The notes under the pieces: model-generated
Database searches by the model: none
Told to the model about the DNA's origin: nothing
What the model saw: only the letters and a program-made list of their open reading frames with translations
Shown here: positions 19,323 through 28,266 of the stretch, in pieces
How positions within the stretch are numbered: the stretch's first letter is position 1
Layout of the letters: each line of letters opens with the position of its first letter
Position numbers and translations under genes: made by a program
Source: an uncultured Eubacteriales bacterium
GTDB taxonomy: Bacteria > Acidobacteriota > Aminicenantia > Aminicenantales > Aminicenantaceae
DNA: 64,000 nt
NCBI GenBank assembly: GCA_964599635.1
Contig: CAZRGM010000009.1
Location: 14,495 to 78,494 of the forward strand
Direction of reading: 5' to 3'

Positions 19323-20078
19323 ATGTTTAAAATAAAGAATTTTGCAATCGTTGCCCTTCTCTGCCTGCTGGTCCAGTGCTCATCCCAGGCAGACACCGGC
19401 ACTGTCACTGTGGTTTATGACGGAGACACCATTCAAGTCCGGCTCTCTTCAGGAAAAGAAGAAAAAATAAGACTGATCGGAGTGGATGCCCCTGAAACCA
19501 ATTCTGAAGATCAAGAGGAGCGGCTTAAAGCGCTTTACTCTAAAAGATTTGCCTTTAAATTCTTGTATAAAAAACAAGTAAAGATCGAATATGACTGGGA
19601 AAAACGCGACAAGTACGGAAGGCTCCTGGCTTACATTTGGACTGAAAACGGAACATTTTTCAATGAGTTTGTGATAAAAAAAGGTTTTGCTGCGGCTTAC
19701 ACCCGATTTAAATACAGACCAGAATACAGGGAAAAATTCTTAAAAGCTGAAGAATACGCTAAAGCCAGAGAAAAGGGCTTATGGAAAAAAGAGCCTTTTC
19801 CTTTGATTCAAAAAAAAGAATTCTCCGAATTTCTGGGTCAGCTGGTCTCCCATGAATTTGTGTGCGAAAAAATCGAAGATAAAGGAAATCTGATTCTTCT
19901 TGTCTCCGAAAAGGATGCCTTTGCGGTTTCTTTGTATAAAAAATATCTTCACTTTTTTCCTGGGATTCAAACTTGGATAGGCAAAAGGCTTATCATCTCC
20001 GGCCTTTTGGAGGAATACAACGGACAGCCCCAAATCATGCTGTTTCTCCCTTCCCAACTCAAGCATAATCGAAAATAA
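19323..20078 (+). CDS. Secreted thermonuclease (staphylococcal nuclease-like) with an extra C-terminal domain
   Basis: 251 aa with a signal peptide. SNase motifs VVYDGDTIQV, IRLIGVDAPE and KYGRLLAYIW. Confidence 0.75.
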   Translation: MFKIKNFAIVALLCLLVQCSSQADTGTVTVVYDGDTIQVRLSSGKEEKIRLIGVDAPETNSEDQEERLKALYSKRFAFKFLYKKQVKIEYDWEKRDKYGRLLAYIWTENGTFFNEFVIKKGFAAAYTRFKYRPEYREKFLKAEEYAKAREKGLWKKEPFPLIQKKEFSEFLGQLVSHEFVCEKIEDKGNLILLVSEKDAFAVSLYKKYLHFFPGIQTWIGKRLIISGLLEEYNGQPQIMLFLPSQLKHNRK

Positions 20079-20095
20079 TCTAGGTTTAAAAGAGG

Positions 20096-22870
20096 TTATT
20101 CCACCCCAATTCGGACATAGAGAATGCATCCTGATCTAAAAAACGTGACCATATCATTTGTCTCATCTCTGTCGCTTTCTACCTGAAACTGTAAACGAAT
20201 AAAAAACCATCGATCCCCTCTATGATAAGCTTCGCTAACAGAACGTTCTAGTGGTATACTAAAACGCGGTGGTCCATGAAGATTATAGACCTTATCTCCA
20301 TCCATAGTGTAAGCTAAACGGCAGGCATCATTATTATCTACACACGAGCTAAAGGATATAATGGTTTGAGCAAGTGGAATAACAACCACTTGGAAATTAC
20401 CTAGATCACTAAAAGGATCGCTCTCATACCATATACTACATTTTGAAATATCCATCTCTATCCAGGCTTCAAAAACCCAGGCTCCTTCAGGAATGACAGA
20501 AAGATCATAGGCTATTATTCCCCTGCGAGAACTCTGATCGATATGATCGCCCACATCAACATTGGTCGTGGTACAATTGTAATAAGTATGAGTGCTATCC
20601 AATGACACAGATCCTGATTGATAGCTATCTAATGGCAGTTCTATTACTCTATTTACAATAGGAAATTCTTCCTCAATACGAAAAGATTCGTCACTTTCAT
20701 CATACACATCTGTGAGATTCACTTCAGGCGTAGCTATGCCACTCACTCTAATCATAAAATCGCCTATAAGGAGATCCTCTGGAGGAATCCAATTATAAGT
20801 CCCTGTATATCTTCCATGACTTATGGTTAAGTTTTCATCGTTGTCCATCTGTCCGATTCGAGATACCAGAAGTCCTTCAGTGGGTCCTGAGCCGCGAATC
20901 AATTCAAGGTTTACCAAATCGCCGACTCCTTTGGCACACCATTTGATTTCATAACTCTGTTTTTTGTACCAGGTCTCTCCTCCGTTTGGCACAATCACAC
21001 GCATCTCGCTCTCTTCTGGGAAGATGAAAAACTCTCGATCGCTCTGGTCCATGAAATCCCCGCTGATGCTCTCGATTCTGACTCGATAGAGGTGATAGCC
21101 TGTTTCCAGGTGGTCAGGAACAAGCCATCTAAGAATCCCATCATTTTCAGTAGAATTCTCAATAGTCATGCACGGATTCTCATCTTTCCATAACTCAATT
21201 CTGACATATTCGCCTACTTCTTCAGCTCCGATCCAACGAATGCGGTATAGTCCCCCCTTATAATAATGTTCGCCTCCATTAGGACTGAGCACCTCGAGCG
21301 CCACTGGCGGCCCTTCAAGCTTTCTGAGCCCTTCTCTTGGAGTTATCTCACGCATCAGCTCTGGTCGGGGTAAGGAGCTCACCATCCATTCTCTTTCTGT
21401 CAGCAGTTTTTTCCCGGCGGGCATATCAAATACTCTAAAAATAAGCTTTTGTTCTCCGGTCATATCACTCAAAATCGAAGTCTCAAAACTCTTTTTTTCT
21501 CCGGGTCCTAGTTTTTTGACCTTCTGCTGATCCACCACGTGCCCTTCCAAAGAAACCTGAAGAAAACAGGAGGGAATCTCATTCTCCGTGAGGTTCTGGA
21601 TAGTCCCTGATAGAAGATAGTGTTTACTGGGACTCAGGGAGAGGCGGTTTTCTTGAAAAGAAACCTTGTTTCCCTCTAAGTCCTGAACATGGGAGATGGA
21701 GACATCCACTCTTTTCTCTATCTCTCCAGTGGATACAAAATAGCGGAGCTTAGGAATTGAGTATTGAACCTGGGGCTGGATGATGTTTAAAGTCACTTCA
21801 TGAATCCCAGGTACCTGGGTGGGAAGGGGCGTCTCTTTTCCCAAGCTTAGAATCTGCTGACCCTTTGCAGATAAGCTCAGGGATACAGGCTGAAAAGTCT
21901 GCCCATCCACCATCCACTGCGCTTTAAATATCCCTGTGCCTTCATACTTCATATCCGCAAACACCAGCAATGGCTGAAATCCTTTGGCCACCTGCTGGTA
22001 TGATTTTCCGTCCTCAAACCGAAGCTGAACAAATGATATCTGAAAAGGCGCGGCCATCCCTGTCCGAGAAAGAACATTCAAGGTTATTGATTTAGGATAT
22101 TTATCCTGCCCGCAGTGGTCATAAGCTTTCACTGGATAACTGCCTTCTTTTTTATAGATGTGAGTCTCCTTAGATGAACCTTTCTCTTTAATGGTTCCGT
22201 CCCCGAAATCCCATTTAATGCATTGGGACCTAAAATTCGTGGCGGTAAAGATAATCTCCTGGTCCGTAAAAGCCGGGGTCGGTGAGTATGAGAGGGTCCT
22301 TAAGTCCGGAGTCACGATCAACTGCACTTCCACACCAGGTATCCCCTGCTGCCCGTAATAGTCCCAGGCTTTAACCGTATATGTCCCTGGAGTCTTATAG
22401 GTGCGATAGGCAGTCTGTTTCCCCTGGGTTATAATGGTTCCGTCCCCGAAATCCCACTTGATCTGGTTGGATAGAAAATGATGGGCTTTAAAGGTAACCG
22501 ATTCATTAACTCTGGGATCAGCAGGACTAAAGCTAATAAATCTTCCCTCTCTTACAACCACGATTTGGGTGTCTGTGGGAAAAACCTGTGTTGAGGTCGC
22601 GTAGGTGGCTTTAACCGTGTATGTTCCCGGACTCATGTACTTGTGCCTGGCAGTGGGAGGAGGAAGTTTCTGGGTTGCGCCATCCCCAAAATCCCATTCC
22701 ACAGAGCCCATTATGGTCCCTGAAGGAGGGATCACAGTAAAAACAACCTCTTCTCCCATCTCAGGATGGGACGGAATATAGGTAATGGAAGCAAAAACTG
22801 TGACCACAGTGAAAATAAAGAGGCCCATAAACCATAAAACCTTGGGGTCTTGACTGTATTTACGCCTCAT
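20096..22870 (-). CDS. Large membrane-anchored surface protein with PKD repeats
   Basis: 924 aa with an N-terminal TM segment. At least four repeats of the PKD signature (WDFGDGATQ, WDFGDGTIITQ, WDFGDGTIKEK...YTVKA). Further on are two small Ig-like modules (LSPNGGEHYYKGGLYRIRW, IVPNGGETWYKKQSYEIKW). Confidence 0.7.
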   Translation of the reverse strand: MRRKYSQDPKVLWFMGLFIFTVVTVFASITYIPSHPEMGEEVVFTVIPPSGTIMGSVEWDFGDGATQKLPPPTARHKYMSPGTYTVKATYATSTQVFPTDTQIVVVREGRFISFSPADPRVNESVTFKAHHFLSNQIKWDFGDGTIITQGKQTAYRTYKTPGTYTVKAWDYYGQQGIPGVEVQLIVTPDLRTLSYSPTPAFTDQEIIFTATNFRSQCIKWDFGDGTIKEKGSSKETHIYKKEGSYPVKAYDHCGQDKYPKSITLNVLSRTGMAAPFQISFVQLRFEDGKSYQQVAKGFQPLLVFADMKYEGTGIFKAQWMVDGQTFQPVSLSLSAKGQQILSLGKETPLPTQVPGIHEVTLNIIQPQVQYSIPKLRYFVSTGEIEKRVDVSISHVQDLEGNKVSFQENRLSLSPSKHYLLSGTIQNLTENEIPSCFLQVSLEGHVVDQQKVKKLGPGEKKSFETSILSDMTGEQKLIFRVFDMPAGKKLLTEREWMVSSLPRPELMREITPREGLRKLEGPPVALEVLSPNGGEHYYKGGLYRIRWIGAEEVGEYVRIELWKDENPCMTIENSTENDGILRWLVPDHLETGYHLYRVRIESISGDFMDQSDREFFIFPEESEMRVIVPNGGETWYKKQSYEIKWCAKGVGDLVNLELIRGSGPTEGLLVSRIGQMDNDENLTISHGRYTGTYNWIPPEDLLIGDFMIRVSGIATPEVNLTDVYDESDESFRIEEEFPIVNRVIELPLDSYQSGSVSLDSTHTYYNCTTTNVDVGDHIDQSSRRGIIAYDLSVIPEGAWVFEAWIEMDISKCSIWYESDPFSDLGNFQVVVIPLAQTIISFSSCVDNNDACRLAYTMDGDKVYNLHGPPRFSIPLERSVSEAYHRGDRWFFIRLQFQVESDRDETNDMVTFFRSGCILYVRIGVE

Positions 22871-22912
22871 TTTTTTTCTCCTTTAATACCATATTGCTTT
22901 TCTCCTTTTATT

Positions 22913-24904
22913 TTAAAAGGAAAAATTAAACTGGAGAGAAACACTCTCATATGTGTCTGAATGATCCGCATTTTTCACTTTCCTTAAATCTCCCCTTAAG
23001 CTAAGCGCCGCATTGGCTATTTGTTTGATAAGGCTTCCTACATAAAAGTTCAAATAAGAAGAAATGTTGAAGCTGTCTATAATTCCTGAGTCTGTGGCAG
23101 TTCGGTTAAAGGAACTTGATGTTGATACAGACAGAACGCTGGGAATCAAAGTCAGCTCAGCGCTTAGAAACGAATTATAAATTTCTGTCTCCACATTGAT
23201 TATCTCATTTCTGGAAAGGCTGTAGCTCAAAAAAGGATAGATACAAAGAATTTTTCCAAGTTTGATGTTACCTCCCAGATTCGTGGTGAGAACAGTGCTC
23301 TCATTAACCGGATTGCTGGAGCTTTGAATTTCAGAATAAATGGCTGACAGATCAATGACAGTTGATGGGCTCAATATTAAGCTAAATCCTAATGAGTAAT
23401 CATTAGTTGAAAGGTTCTGGAACAGTCCTTCTTTATTCTCTCCGGTGTATGTTTTTAACTGATTTGTTTGATAATTAGAATTAAGGGAAAGCCATTTGAA
23501 TATAACCAGGTTTAAGTTGGCGCCGCCCAGCTTACTGTAGGAAGTCAAACGATCTGGATCATCATCAATATTATCTCTTTCGTCCAAATAAGTCAGATTG
23601 AAATTAATTTTTTTTGATGAGATTCCCAAAGAAGCCTGATATCCTTTTCTGTCATTGGTAAAATACTGATGACCGATAGGATTAAAATCCTTGCAAATGT
23701 TTTTATAGGTGGCACTTAATTTAAATACTCCATAAGAAAGATTCCCTCCAATTCTCCAGGCACTGTCTTTTTTTGCCCCTTCTTCATCTTCAAGATTGTC
23801 ATCGTGCCAGCTCTGAGCGAATTCGCCGAAAAGATTCAATTTATCATCAAATATCTTTAGCTCCTCTATGAGAGCTAAAGTGTTCCCTTTCCGTTTATCT
23901 AAAGACAATCCAGCCACGTTTCTTCCTTCAGCCGGATTATCTTTTCCAGATAAATAAATGGCTTTAAGAGTGAATTTTTGTTTGAAAAAACGATATCCAA
24001 TGATACCCCCAAAGAGATTCAAATCCGGCTGAGGAACCAGACCCTCCCATCCCTGCTGCTGCTGGGAGCTGATATCAAAAACATGAAATAAAAAATCCTG
24101 ATTGTCAAACTGATACTCAACACCCCGCCTTCCCAGGCCAAAAACAGTATAATCAGATCCGCCGGTAAGAGAAATATCCCCTATTTTCAGGGAATGACTT
24201 GGGCTCGCTGCTGATAACGTCAAGCGGTTTAACTGAAAACTCTGATTCCCTTCCAAAGGATGATTGGTACTGTTTGTATTTATATCCATGTTTATCCGGA
24301 AATTCTCTTTTTTGAAAGATTTGGATAAATTAAGGTTTCCATCTGCCCTAAAATCCTGCTCTTCCTCCATGGATACATCGCTATCCCAGAATCTCTGCTG
24401 AAGGCTTCCGTTTATATAAATCCATTCAGGAAATTTAAATCTTTCTTTTTCAGCTTTAATTTCTTTAGCAGAAAGTAAGGGATACTCCTCTTTGATTTCT
24501 CCGGCTACCTGGAACGATTCTTCAGGGGCTTTCTCAGGATAAGTCATGACTGTATGGTTTGATTTATAAGAAAAATAATACTCAAATTGGGAAGACACCA
24601 GTTGAGATGTATCAAGTAAATATAAGTAAGAGGTCTCAGATAATTTTTCCATCTTTCTTACCTGGAATTGATCCCATACTTCAGTTCGATAGAAAAACAT
24701 CAGCCACTTGACTTCTTTTTGAACCTGAACCGTAATTTTTAATTCTTCTCCCTGTTTAAATTCCTTAACAGGAGTGTGAGTGATGATTTGATTCGAAAGA
24801 ATGAGTTCATTTGAATCCTGCTGAGCCAGTGAAGGGGAGAAAATCAAGAGAGTCAAAGACCAAATGAAAATTAAACATCTGATCATTCCCTTTTCTCGAT
24901 CCAT
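22913..24904 (-). CDS. Putative outer-membrane beta-barrel protein with an N-terminal Ig-like domain
   Basis: 663 aa with a signal peptide (likely start MIRCLIFIW...). Long stretches show alternating hydrophobic beta-strand pattern, and the C-terminus ...SLQFNFSF ends in Phe as in OMP sorting signals. Probably co-transcribed with the PKD gene. Confidence 0.5.
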   Translation of the reverse strand: MDREKGMIRCLIFIWSLTLLIFSPSLAQQDSNELILSNQIITHTPVKEFKQGEELKITVQVQKEVKWLMFFYRTEVWDQFQVRKMEKLSETSYLYLLDTSQLVSSQFEYYFSYKSNHTVMTYPEKAPEESFQVAGEIKEEYPLLSAKEIKAEKERFKFPEWIYINGSLQQRFWDSDVSMEEEQDFRADGNLNLSKSFKKENFRINMDINTNSTNHPLEGNQSFQLNRLTLSAASPSHSLKIGDISLTGGSDYTVFGLGRRGVEYQFDNQDFLFHVFDISSQQQQGWEGLVPQPDLNLFGGIIGYRFFKQKFTLKAIYLSGKDNPAEGRNVAGLSLDKRKGNTLALIEELKIFDDKLNLFGEFAQSWHDDNLEDEEGAKKDSAWRIGGNLSYGVFKLSATYKNICKDFNPIGHQYFTNDRKGYQASLGISSKKINFNLTYLDERDNIDDDPDRLTSYSKLGGANLNLVIFKWLSLNSNYQTNQLKTYTGENKEGLFQNLSTNDYSLGFSLILSPSTVIDLSAIYSEIQSSSNPVNESTVLTTNLGGNIKLGKILCIYPFLSYSLSRNEIINVETEIYNSFLSAELTLIPSVLSVSTSSSFNRTATDSGIIDSFNISSYLNFYVGSLIKQIANAALSLRGDLRKVKNADHSDTYESVSLQFNFSF

Positions 24905-25033
24905 TGATCCTTCACGAGAGGAGAAAAGTCAGGTTGAAATAAAATTGAAAGCTATCGGAATCACCTTTTAAACTTCTATGTCTTTTCCCCCCTAAATGAA
25001 TTAAATATATAAATTTTTCTTTGTAATATCATC

Positions 25034-25063
25034 ATCATAATAATAATAATAATCTAATGTCAA
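25034..25063 (-). promoter_or_regulatory. Putative promoter of the OMP/PKD operon with a trinucleotide-repeat spacer
   Basis: The minus strand reads TTGACA (25063-25058), an 18-nt spacer ttag(ATT)4at, then TATGAT (25039-25034). The spacer and the -10 lie inside an (ATT)5(ATG)3 microsatellite. Confidence 0.4.
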
Positions 25064-25127
25064 CAAAAATTTCAGTCCTTGCTCATCTATAACATTAAAA
25101 TGAAATCTGAAACACTTAAAAAAAAAG

Positions 25128-25200
25128 TGCGCCAGGCGGGATTCGAACCCGCGACCTTCGGTTCCGGAGACCGACGCTCTATCCACTGAGCTACAGGCGC
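25128..25200 (-). tRNA. tRNA-Arg (anticodon CCG)
   Basis: The reverse complement reads GCGCCTG TA GCTC AGTGGATA GAGC G TCGGT CTCCGGA ACCGA AGGTC GCGGG TTCGAAT CCCGC CTGGCGC A. The cloverleaf is intact apart from one U-U at 6:67. A T-run follows. The tracked ORF 25001-25186 overlaps it and is rejected. Confidence 0.9.
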
Positions 25201-25220
25201 ATAAATTTATTATCTATAAT

Positions 25221-26017
25221 AAAAAACAGTAACACAATACCTTTTTACCATTTTTTCTAATCAATGACTTGTCCTTATGGATCTTTTTTGAGAATCCTAG
25301 ACCTTCTTTCCGTCCATTAATATATCATGGGAGCTATTGCTCGAGTTGTCATCCCTGGATGCCCGCATCATATCATCCAACGAGGTAATCGGCGCCAAAA
25401 AGTATTTTTTCATGACGAAGATAAAAAATTCTACCTTCATCTCCTTAGTTATCATTCAAGAAAGGAAAATGTTTCTATATGGTGTTATTGTTTAATGGAC
25501 AATCATGTCCATTTCATAGCTGTTCCACAAAAACCTGAAAGTCTTGCTAAAGCGGTTGGTGAAATTCATAGAAAATACACAACAACAATAAACATCAGGT
25601 ATAATTGGAAAGGCTATTTATGGCAAGGAAGATTTCGCTCCTACCCAATGGACCAAAATCATACTTATTCAGCTATACGGTACATTGAGCGCAATCCTGT
25701 TAGATCAATGTTAGTAAAAAATGCAGAAGATTATCCATGGTCAAGTGCCAAAGCACATATTACTGGAAGCTATGATAAAGTTTTATCAGATTTTTATCTT
25801 CTAAAAGAAATAAATGACTGGCTGAGTTATCTACAGAAAAAAGAAACACAAGAAGAACAAATGCTTATCAAAAAATACGCAAAATCTGGGCTACCCTTAG
25901 GAAGTAAAAGCTTCATACTGCAGGCCGAAACAATAACAGGAAGGAAATTAAGAAAAAATAAACCAGGAAGACCGCCCAATAAAAAATAGTAAAAAGGTAT
26001 TGTGTTACTGTTTTTTT
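25221..26017 (+). mobile_element. RAYT-type (IS200/Y1-like) transposase gene bracketed by inverted 28-30-nt repeats
   Basis: The left repeat AAAAAACAGTAACACAATACCTTTTTACCA (25221-25250) is matched by its reverse complement at 25990-26017 (28 nt identical). A third identical copy lies at 16921-16950. A 13-nt tandem duplication TACTGTTTTTTTA x2 sits at 26006-26031. Confidence 0.7.
25327..25989 (+). CDS. Y1 (HUH) transposase of the REP-associated tyrosine transposase (RAYT)/IS200-like family
   Basis: 220 aa. N-terminal GCPHHIIQRGNRRQKVFF, HUH motif MDNHVHFIAV, and catalytic Tyr context AIRYIERNPVR. Confidence 0.75.
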   Translation: MGAIARVVIPGCPHHIIQRGNRRQKVFFHDEDKKFYLHLLSYHSRKENVSIWCYCLMDNHVHFIAVPQKPESLAKAVGEIHRKYTTTINIRYNWKGYLWQGRFRSYPMDQNHTYSAIRYIERNPVRSMLVKNAEDYPWSSAKAHITGSYDKVLSDFYLLKEINDWLSYLQKKETQEEQMLIKKYAKSGLPLGSKSFILQAETITGRKLRKNKPGRPPNKK

Positions 26018-26039
26018 ATACTGTTTTTTTATAAAAAGG

Positions 26040-26068
26040 TTGACTCTAAAGTCAAAAAATACTATAAA
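26040..26068 (+). promoter_or_regulatory. Putative promoter of the diguanylate cyclase gene
   Basis: TTGACT (26040-26045), a 17-nt spacer, TATAAA (26063-26068), 60 nt upstream of ATG 26129. Confidence 0.4.
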
Positions 26069-26128
26069 TTTAGTGGGCTGAGAAAAAAGATATAAATCTG
26101 ATTATTTAAATCAGTTTAAAAACACTCT

Positions 26129-28201
26129 ATGCTGAGGCTATTCACATTGGATAAAAGCAAAGCCAAAATCAATTCTATCTTAAACAACAGCCGTCTCAGC
26201 ACATTTCCCAAAAATATTCTTATCCTCAACAGTAACAGTGATGAAGCCTTTTTCCTGGACAGCCTTTGCTCTAATTCAGGAAGAGTGCATTATGCCCCGT
26301 CCGTTGAAAAAGCAGCTTCTCTAACAAAATCACTGGATTTCAATGTCGTCATTGCCGAAAATATTCTTGCCAGTTATTCCATTCTCCAAGATATTTTCAA
26401 AAGCACCACCAGCATCATCATAACAGGATATTCGGAAAAAGAAATCATCAATAACGCTAGAGGTTGGCCACAGAATCGGTTTGTTACCACCTTCCTTTTT
26501 TCTCAAACAGAAAGCAGCCAAAATGTCTTTAAGAGATCTTTGGACACAGCCATGAAACACTCCCTCCTTCTTCTTGAGACTCAGGCTCTCAGAAGGTCTG
26601 TCGAAAGAAAAGAAGTCAATTTCAAAAAAGCCTTTTATGAAATCAAAGAAATAAAAAAATTCCTCAGATCATCTATAGTCAAAGAAATCGAAAAACGCAT
26701 TGCTTATCAAGCAAAATATGATCATTTTAAAAAAGAAAAACTTAAGATCGAAACCTTACTCAAAAAACTTTATATGGCTAATGATGTCACAAGTCTGATC
26801 GACACCATCTATGAAATCAAAGAACTCATCAATGCCAGCGGAACAACCATCTATATTCTTGAAGAAAATCGCTCCATTGGAAAGTATCTAAAGCCTTTGG
26901 TCTGGGATGATTCTATCCTCTCTCATGTTGACTTCACCAAACACATCGTTCACTTAAATGATAATGACTTTGCGGCCCAATCAGCCCGGCTTACAAAAAT
27001 CATAAGAGCTGAGAATATAAAAAAAGATGAAAGCTTTGCCTCCCGCTACCGAGAACAGCTAAACTCTCCGCTCCACAGCATTATATGCATCCCTATTATC
27101 TATAAAAATGACCTTATCGGAATTCTTGAGGTTTACAACAAAAAGAAAGACAATCATTTCGCCCATTATGGATTTAATCAAATAGACCAGGACACTTTGG
27201 TTCACCTCTCCGAACATATCTCCATCGCCATCACAAAGCTCAATTTGATTCAGTACGACCCCCTTACTGGATTACTGAGACCTGACCCCTTTTTTGAGAA
27301 AATCATTCAGAAAATCAAACAGGAAAATAAAAGACTTAGAGAAGGAGGAACCTATGCTCTGGTTATGGGGGATGTAGATTGGTTCAAAAATTACAATGAC
27401 AGGCTGGGTCATGAATCAGGAAACCGTCTTTTGAGAAAGCTGGGAAGCATCCTTAAGTCTTCCACTCGTGAGGAAGACTTTCTCTGTCGTTACGGAGGAG
27501 AAGAATTTTTGTTCTTTTTGTCCGGACTCGAAAACCAGGATGAAGCCCTTATCTTTACCGACAGAATAAGAAAAAATGTGGAAGAAACTTATTTTGAAAA
27601 CCAGGAAATCCAGCCTAAAAATAATTTAACCATGAGCTTCGGCATTACTCATTTCTCAAGAGACAAATTCAATTCTTCAGAGTCAATCAATAAAGAAAAT
27701 TTAAAAAACCTCGTGAATGAAGCTGACACGGCTTTAGCTGAAGCCAAAGGGAAGAGAACTCCTCTCTTAGGAGAGAAAAGGGAATCTATCTGGGACAAAA
27801 ATAAAATTTCCGTTTATCACAGGCAAATCTCAGAAAAAAATAAAATTTTTTCTTCCTTTAAAACTGATGAAAAGAAATTTTCTGAAGAAAAAAGGAAATT
27901 TCCCAGATATTATTCATCCACTCCCTTAATTTATAAAAACAAAAAGGGCCATGAAGCCATTAAAACCGTCAACATCAGCCAAGGAGGTATCAAGGTCTCA
28001 AGCCCTTTCTCAATCAATCCCTATGAAAATTTAGATATCATCCTCGTTCTAGAAAATAAAGCTTTTGAATGCAGAGGACAAGTGGTCTATTCACAGAAAG
28101 GCAATGGGCATCTTTCTCATTACTATGCAGGGATCGAATTTACAAAAATGTCTCTTGATAACAAAATGATTCTAAAAAAATACTTGGCTTCCCTCTCTTA
28201 A
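26129..28201 (+). CDS. Diguanylate cyclase: degenerate receiver-like N-domain, coiled coil, GAF, GGDEF and C-terminal PilZ
   Basis: 690 aa. The GAF-like block is ICIPIIYKNDLIGILEVYNKK. The active site is RYGGEEF, with an RxxD I-site (REED) 5 residues upstream. The PilZ signatures are RKFPRY...(RxxxR-like) and VNISQGGIKV (D/NxSxxG). Confidence 0.8.
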   Translation: MLRLFTLDKSKAKINSILNNSRLSTFPKNILILNSNSDEAFFLDSLCSNSGRVHYAPSVEKAASLTKSLDFNVVIAENILASYSILQDIFKSTTSIIITGYSEKEIINNARGWPQNRFVTTFLFSQTESSQNVFKRSLDTAMKHSLLLLETQALRRSVERKEVNFKKAFYEIKEIKKFLRSSIVKEIEKRIAYQAKYDHFKKEKLKIETLLKKLYMANDVTSLIDTIYEIKELINASGTTIYILEENRSIGKYLKPLVWDDSILSHVDFTKHIVHLNDNDFAAQSARLTKIIRAENIKKDESFASRYREQLNSPLHSIICIPIIYKNDLIGILEVYNKKKDNHFAHYGFNQIDQDTLVHLSEHISIAITKLNLIQYDPLTGLLRPDPFFEKIIQKIKQENKRLREGGTYALVMGDVDWFKNYNDRLGHESGNRLLRKLGSILKSSTREEDFLCRYGGEEFLFFLSGLENQDEALIFTDRIRKNVEETYFENQEIQPKNNLTMSFGITHFSRDKFNSSESINKENLKNLVNEADTALAEAKGKRTPLLGEKRESIWDKNKISVYHRQISEKNKIFSSFKTDEKKFSEEKRKFPRYYSSTPLIYKNKKGHEAIKTVNISQGGIKVSSPFSINPYENLDIILVLENKAFECRGQVVYSQKGNGHLSHYYAGIEFTKMSLDNKMILKKYLASLS

Positions 28202-28266
28202 AAAATATAAACAGTCCTACAGTGAATTGTTATTTGTGAAGGGTCAAGTGTAGAAAATAGTTCAGA

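Noticed and set aside
19323-24904. Thermonuclease + PKD protein + beta-barrel as a possible defence or secretion system
   Set aside because: The nuclease has a signal peptide and is on the opposite strand from the other two genes. No ATPase, methylase, toxin-antitoxin or secretion-machinery components are adjacent. It is most simply a set of ordinary secreted and surface proteins.
25001-25186. 61-aa minus-strand ORF
   Set aside because: Its N-terminal part is the tRNA-Arg gene read as protein. The rest is the AT-rich microsatellite and promoter region.
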